Shown here: in pieces, positions 60,499 through 64,000 of the stretch
Numbering within the stretch: the stretch's first letter is position 1
How the letters are laid out: each line of letters begins with the position of its first letter
Assembly (NCBI GenBank): GCA_038207335.1
Contig: JBBQZX010000003.1
Coordinates: forward strand, 1 to 64,000
Length of the DNA: 64,000 nt
Reading direction: 5' to 3'
DNA from: Chthoniobacterales bacterium
GTDB lineage: Bacteria > Verrucomicrobiota > Verrucomicrobiia > Chthoniobacterales > Chthoniobacteraceae
Notes under the pieces: model-generated
Told to the model about the DNA's origin: nothing
The model's input: only the letters and a program-made list of their open reading frames with translations
Databases searched by the model: none
Translations under genes and position numbers: made by a program

Positions 60499-60954
60499 TC
60501 AGTTCAGGAACCAGATGCTGGCGTTCAGCGCGGTGGCGAAGGTGACCCAGGCGAGGTAAGGGACGAGGAGCCAGGCGGCGGCGCGGCTGACTTTTGTGAA
60601 TGCGACGAAGGTGGCGAGGATCGTGATCCAGAGGAGGGCGATGTCGAGGAGCGCGAGGTCGGGGCGGTGTTCGCCGAAGAAGAGCGGGGTCCAGATCGCG
60701 TTGAGGATGAGCGAGACGATGTAGAGCGTGAGTCCGCCGCGCGACCCGGCGCGCCAGGCGAGCCAGGCGGCCACGGCCATCAGGATGTAGAGCGCGGTCC
60801 AGACGGGGCCAAAGATCCAGCCGGGCGGGTTCCACTCGGGCTTGTGCAGCGCCTCGAACCACGGGCCCATCTTCACGCGGATGGCGGTGAGCGGGGCGAG
60901 GAACGTGAGCAGCAGCCAGCCGATGAAACCGGGGAAAGAGGACGTGCTTTTCAT
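60499..60954 (-). CDS. tspO: TspO/MBR tryptophan-rich sensory protein
   Basis: KPEWNPPGWIFGPVWTALY, LNAIWTPLFF, PYLAWV. Confidence 0.93.
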   Translation of the reverse strand: MKSTSSFPGFIGWLLLTFLAPLTAIRVKMGPWFEALHKPEWNPPGWIFGPVWTALYILMAVAAWLAWRAGSRGGLTLYIVSLILNAIWTPLFFGEHRPDLALLDIALLWITILATFVAFTKVSRAAAWLLVPYLAWVTFATALNASIWFLN

Positions 60955-60993
60955 AAAGGTGAAGTTCGTGCGGGTGGCTGTGTCCGCGGGTGC

Positions 60994-63900
60994 TTACTCT
61001 TTGAGCAGGGCTTTCGCAGCCGCCAGGGCTTGGGGGATTTTGCCGGGGTCTTTGCCTGCTCCCCGGGCGGCGTCGGGTTTGCCGCCGCCTTTGCCGCCGA
61101 CGAGCGGGGCGATGGCTTGCATGATTTTCCCCGCGGAGAATTTGTCCGTGAATTGCGGGGATACCGTAACCATCAGCGCGACGGCTCCCGGCACGGCGCC
61201 GGCGAGGACGACGATGCCGTTGAACTGCGTGCGCAGCGCCTCGGCGATTGCGGCGAGCTCGTCGGCGGTGGCGCCGGGGACGGGCTCGAGGATCGCGGGG
61301 GCGGCGATCAGCTTCTGAATCTTTTCGGTCAGCGCGGCGGCGACGTGCGCGGCTTGTTTGCGGTGGAAAAGCGCGACCTGTTTTTCCAGCTCGTCCTGCC
61401 GGGTGAACATCGCGTCCACTTTCCTCTCCAGCTCGCCGACGGGCGTGCCGAGGCGGGCGGCGAGGGCGCGCAGGCGCTCGGCGTCGTGCTGCGACGCGTC
61501 GTAGGCGGCGCTCCCGGCCACGGCCTCGATGCGGCGCACGCCTGCTGCCACCGCCCCTTCGCTCACGATGCGAAAGCCGCCGATCTCCCCGGTGGCGCGC
61601 GTGTGCGTGCCGCCGCAGAGCTCCATCGAGAAGCCATCGAGCGCCCCCGGCGCGCCGCCGATCTGCACCACGCGCACGGTGTCGCCGTATTTGTCGCCGA
61701 AGAACTGCATCACATCCGCCCGGCTCTTCACCTCGGCGTAGGGCACTTCCTTCCCCGACACGGGCGCGTTGTCCTGGATGCGCTCGTTCACCATCCGCTC
61801 CACGGCGCGCACCTGCGCGGCGGTGAGCGCGGGCGAGTTAAAGTCGAACGTCAGCTTCTCCGGCCCCACGAAGCTCCCCTTCTGCGTCGCCTCCTTCCCC
61901 ACGACCTCGTGCAGCGCCCAGTGCAGCAGATGCGTCACCGTGTGGTGCCGCTCGATCGCCAGCCGCCGTGTGCGATCCACGGCCAGCGTCACGGTCGCGC
62001 CGACCGCGGGCGCCTCGTCGCCCATCTGCGCCTCGATGAAGTGCAGCCAAGTCTTCCCGGCCTTCTGCGTCCCGGTCACCGTCCAGACCTGCCCGCCGCT
62101 GGCGAGCTCGCCCGTATCGCCGACCTGCCCGCCCATCTCGGCATAAAAAGTGGACTCCGGGACGATCACGGCGGTCTTCCCCTTCACGCCGATCACCTCC
62201 GCCACCTCGGCCTGCCCCTCCAGCCGGTCGTAGCCGACAAAGCGCGTCGGCTCCGTCGTCTCGATCTCGCTCAGCGCGATGACCTCCTTCTTCTGCGCCG
62301 CCCGCGCCCGCGCCCGCTGCTCGCCCATGAGTGTGTTGAATCCTTCCACGTCCACGGGTATCCCGCGCTCTCGTGCCATCAGCTCCGTCAGATCGAGGGG
62401 AAAGCCGTAGGTGTCGTAGAGGAGAAAGGCGGCTTTCCCTGATACAACTGGGCCGCGCGCGATCAGTGATGCTGCGCAAGCTAGAAGATGCGGCATCGCC
62501 TCCTCCAACTGTGCAGAGCTGACCTCTGGCAAAAGCTCTTCGTGCGCCAGTTGGTTTCGAACGTGGGAAACCGTGTGTTCCTCGCTCGAAAGGGTTTCCC
62601 GGAAGTTTGGCCGAATGGCGTTGCCAATGGAGAGCACGGCGGCCTGCAACGCATGCACTTTCATATCCTCAAGCTCCACGAGCATTACGTCTTTGAATTG
62701 GGCTTGCTGCACGATTTGGAAATTCGCAACCGCGTCGAAGAGCTCGATTCCACGATCCAGCGTCTTATTAAAGGCTTCTTCCTCGCGCTTGAGGACTTCT
62801 TCGATGTTTTTTTGGCGGGTGCGGAGCTCGGGGAAGGGGGCGCCCATGGTGCGGGCTAGGACGTCCACGAGCTTATAGAAGAACGGCTCGGTGAAGCCGA
62901 GGGTGCGGCCGTAGCGGACGGCGCGGCGCAGGATGCGGCGGAGGACGTAGTTGCGGTCGGTGTTGCCGGGGTTAATGCCGTCGGCGATGGCGAAGCTGAG
63001 GGTGCGGATGTGGTCGGCGATGACGCGGAAGGCGATGTCGAGGGCGATTTGCTCCGGCGTGGCGTAGCGGTCGTAGGGTCCGGCAAGGGGTTTGGCAGGA
63101 AGCGTGGTGGGCGATTCACCACTGGCGGGGAGGTCGGTGGCGATTTCGTGGGGGGCGAGGTTGATGGGGCCGGATTCGGGGATGACGCCGGGGATGGGGG
63201 AGGTGGGGGAGGCGAGGTCGGGGATGGGGTCGGGCTCGCCGAGGTCGTCGGAGGGGAGGACACTGGGTGCGGCGGGGGTGGCAGGGGCGGCGGCAGAGGC
63301 TTCGCCCGTCATTTTTGGAACGGCAAAGATTGATTCTTTGCCTTCAAAGACTGGTTCTTTGATTCCAACGGTGGAGTCATTGGCATCAGCGGTGGAGTCG
63401 CTGACATCAGCGGTGAAGTCTTTGACGCCAGCGATGGAGTCTCTGATGTCAGTGGTGGTGTCTCTGATGTCAGTGGTGGGGCGATCGCCGGCAATGGTGG
63501 CACCGCCGCCACCAGCGGTGGCGTCGCTGATGTCAGCGGTGGGGTGATCGCTGGCAAAGGTGGCACCGCTGCCACCAGCGGTGGCGGCTCTGCCTTCAGA
63601 GAATGGGATTTTGCCGACGCTGATTGGCTCATTTTGGAGGAAGCTGTCGACTCCGAAGGGGTTGGATTCGCCACGGGAGGCGGGCGCGGGAGCGACGGTG
63701 CTGCCGGGCAGGGTCGAGCGGTAGGTCTTGCCGCTCATCTTTTCGAGCTCGTCGAAGATGGGGCGGAAGATGTCGGTGTCGTAGTTCGAGATGCGGGCGT
63801 GCTCGAAGTCGGTGAAGTTTTTCGTGCCCTGGATGATGCTGGCGACGCGCTCGAAGCCCATGCCGGTATCGACGTGCTGGGAGGGGAGGGGGACGAAGGT

Positions 63901-64000
63901 GCCGTCGGGGTTGGCGTTGAACTGGATGAAGACGAGATTCCAGATCTCGATGCAGCGGGAGTCGCCCATATTGACGAGGCTGCCGCGGGTGTGGCCGGTG
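60994..64000 (-). CDS. alaS: Alanine--tRNA ligase, 5' end outside the window, with two large in-frame insertions
   Basis: EIWNLVF, DTGMGFER, IADHIR, YDTYGFP, FYAEMGGQ, HTVTHLLH, ELCGGTH, GKGGGK. Confidence 0.96.
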   Translation of the reverse strand, partial: TGHTRGSLVNMGDSRCIEIWNLVFIQFNANPDGTFVPLPSQHVDTGMGFERVASIIQGTKNFTDFEHARISNYDTDIFRPIFDELEKMSGKTYRSTLPGSTVAPAPASRGESNPFGVDSFLQNEPISVGKIPFSEGRAATAGGSGATFASDHPTADISDATAGGGGATIAGDRPTTDIRDTTTDIRDSIAGVKDFTADVSDSTADANDSTVGIKEPVFEGKESIFAVPKMTGEASAAAPATPAAPSVLPSDDLGEPDPIPDLASPTSPIPGVIPESGPINLAPHEIATDLPASGESPTTLPAKPLAGPYDRYATPEQIALDIAFRVIADHIRTLSFAIADGINPGNTDRNYVLRRILRRAVRYGRTLGFTEPFFYKLVDVLARTMGAPFPELRTRQKNIEEVLKREEEAFNKTLDRGIELFDAVANFQIVQQAQFKDVMLVELEDMKVHALQAAVLSIGNAIRPNFRETLSSEEHTVSHVRNQLAHEELLPEVSSAQLEEAMPHLLACAASLIARGPVVSGKAAFLLYDTYGFPLDLTELMARERGIPVDVEGFNTLMGEQRARARAAQKKEVIALSEIETTEPTRFVGYDRLEGQAEVAEVIGVKGKTAVIVPESTFYAEMGGQVGDTGELASGGQVWTVTGTQKAGKTWLHFIEAQMGDEAPAVGATVTLAVDRTRRLAIERHHTVTHLLHWALHEVVGKEATQKGSFVGPEKLTFDFNSPALTAAQVRAVERMVNERIQDNAPVSGKEVPYAEVKSRADVMQFFGDKYGDTVRVVQIGGAPGALDGFSMELCGGTHTRATGEIGGFRIVSEGAVAAGVRRIEAVAGSAAYDASQHDAERLRALAARLGTPVGELERKVDAMFTRQDELEKQVALFHRKQAAHVAAALTEKIQKLIAAPAILEPVPGATADELAAIAEALRTQFNGIVVLAGAVPGAVALMVTVSPQFTDKFSAGKIMQAIAPLVGGKGGGKPDAARGAGKDPGKIPQALAAAKALLKE

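Noticed and set aside
13750..62442. Long antisense ORFs (13750-15681, 19112-21016, 33330-35006, 48035-50668, 53273-55576, 60115-62442)
   Set aside because: Shadow frames of well-supported genes in high-GC DNA; no motifs.
62450..63700. Inteins or introns in alaS
   Set aside because: No C/S...HN-C/S/T splice motifs, no endonuclease or RT motifs, and the frame stays open.

Overview
GC-rich bacterial chromosome segment. The gene repertoire (PVC-type CxxCH dehydrogenase, ThuA, DUF6600, REP style) suggests Verrucomicrobiota, possibly Chthoniobacterales; this is inference. The first ~5 kb is the right end of a small integrative, satellite-like element: tyrosine integrase, hypothetical gene, Xis/AlpA-like HTH, and a replication-initiator-like gene carrying an internal iteron-like array plus AT-rich repeats. 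Unusually, it abuts the 5' end of a tRNA-Ile2(CAT). The rest is mostly core/metabolic: ECF sigma, hisS, recF, argD-argF-lgt-5'3' exonuclease, acs, msrA, ppaC, an Lhr-PdeM repair pair, a UgtP/MGDG-synthase + GH1 pair, PPIases, ygfZ, tRNA-Tyr, lpxK, thrB, FadL, a PAS hybrid kinase, maf, standalone LigD polymerase, ald, a CheB/CheR-kinase phosphorelay, a squalene-cyclase-like operon, truncated haemoglobin, TspO and an alaS with two large in-frame insertions. Notable non-coding structure: several REP-type palindromes (one inside the 5' end of pdeM), a 22-bp G-rich tandem repeat, and a saw-tooth local G/C skew that flips at discrete sites independently of gene orientation. No CRISPR array or rRNA was seen. 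All calls come from motif recognition by eye; no database search was run.
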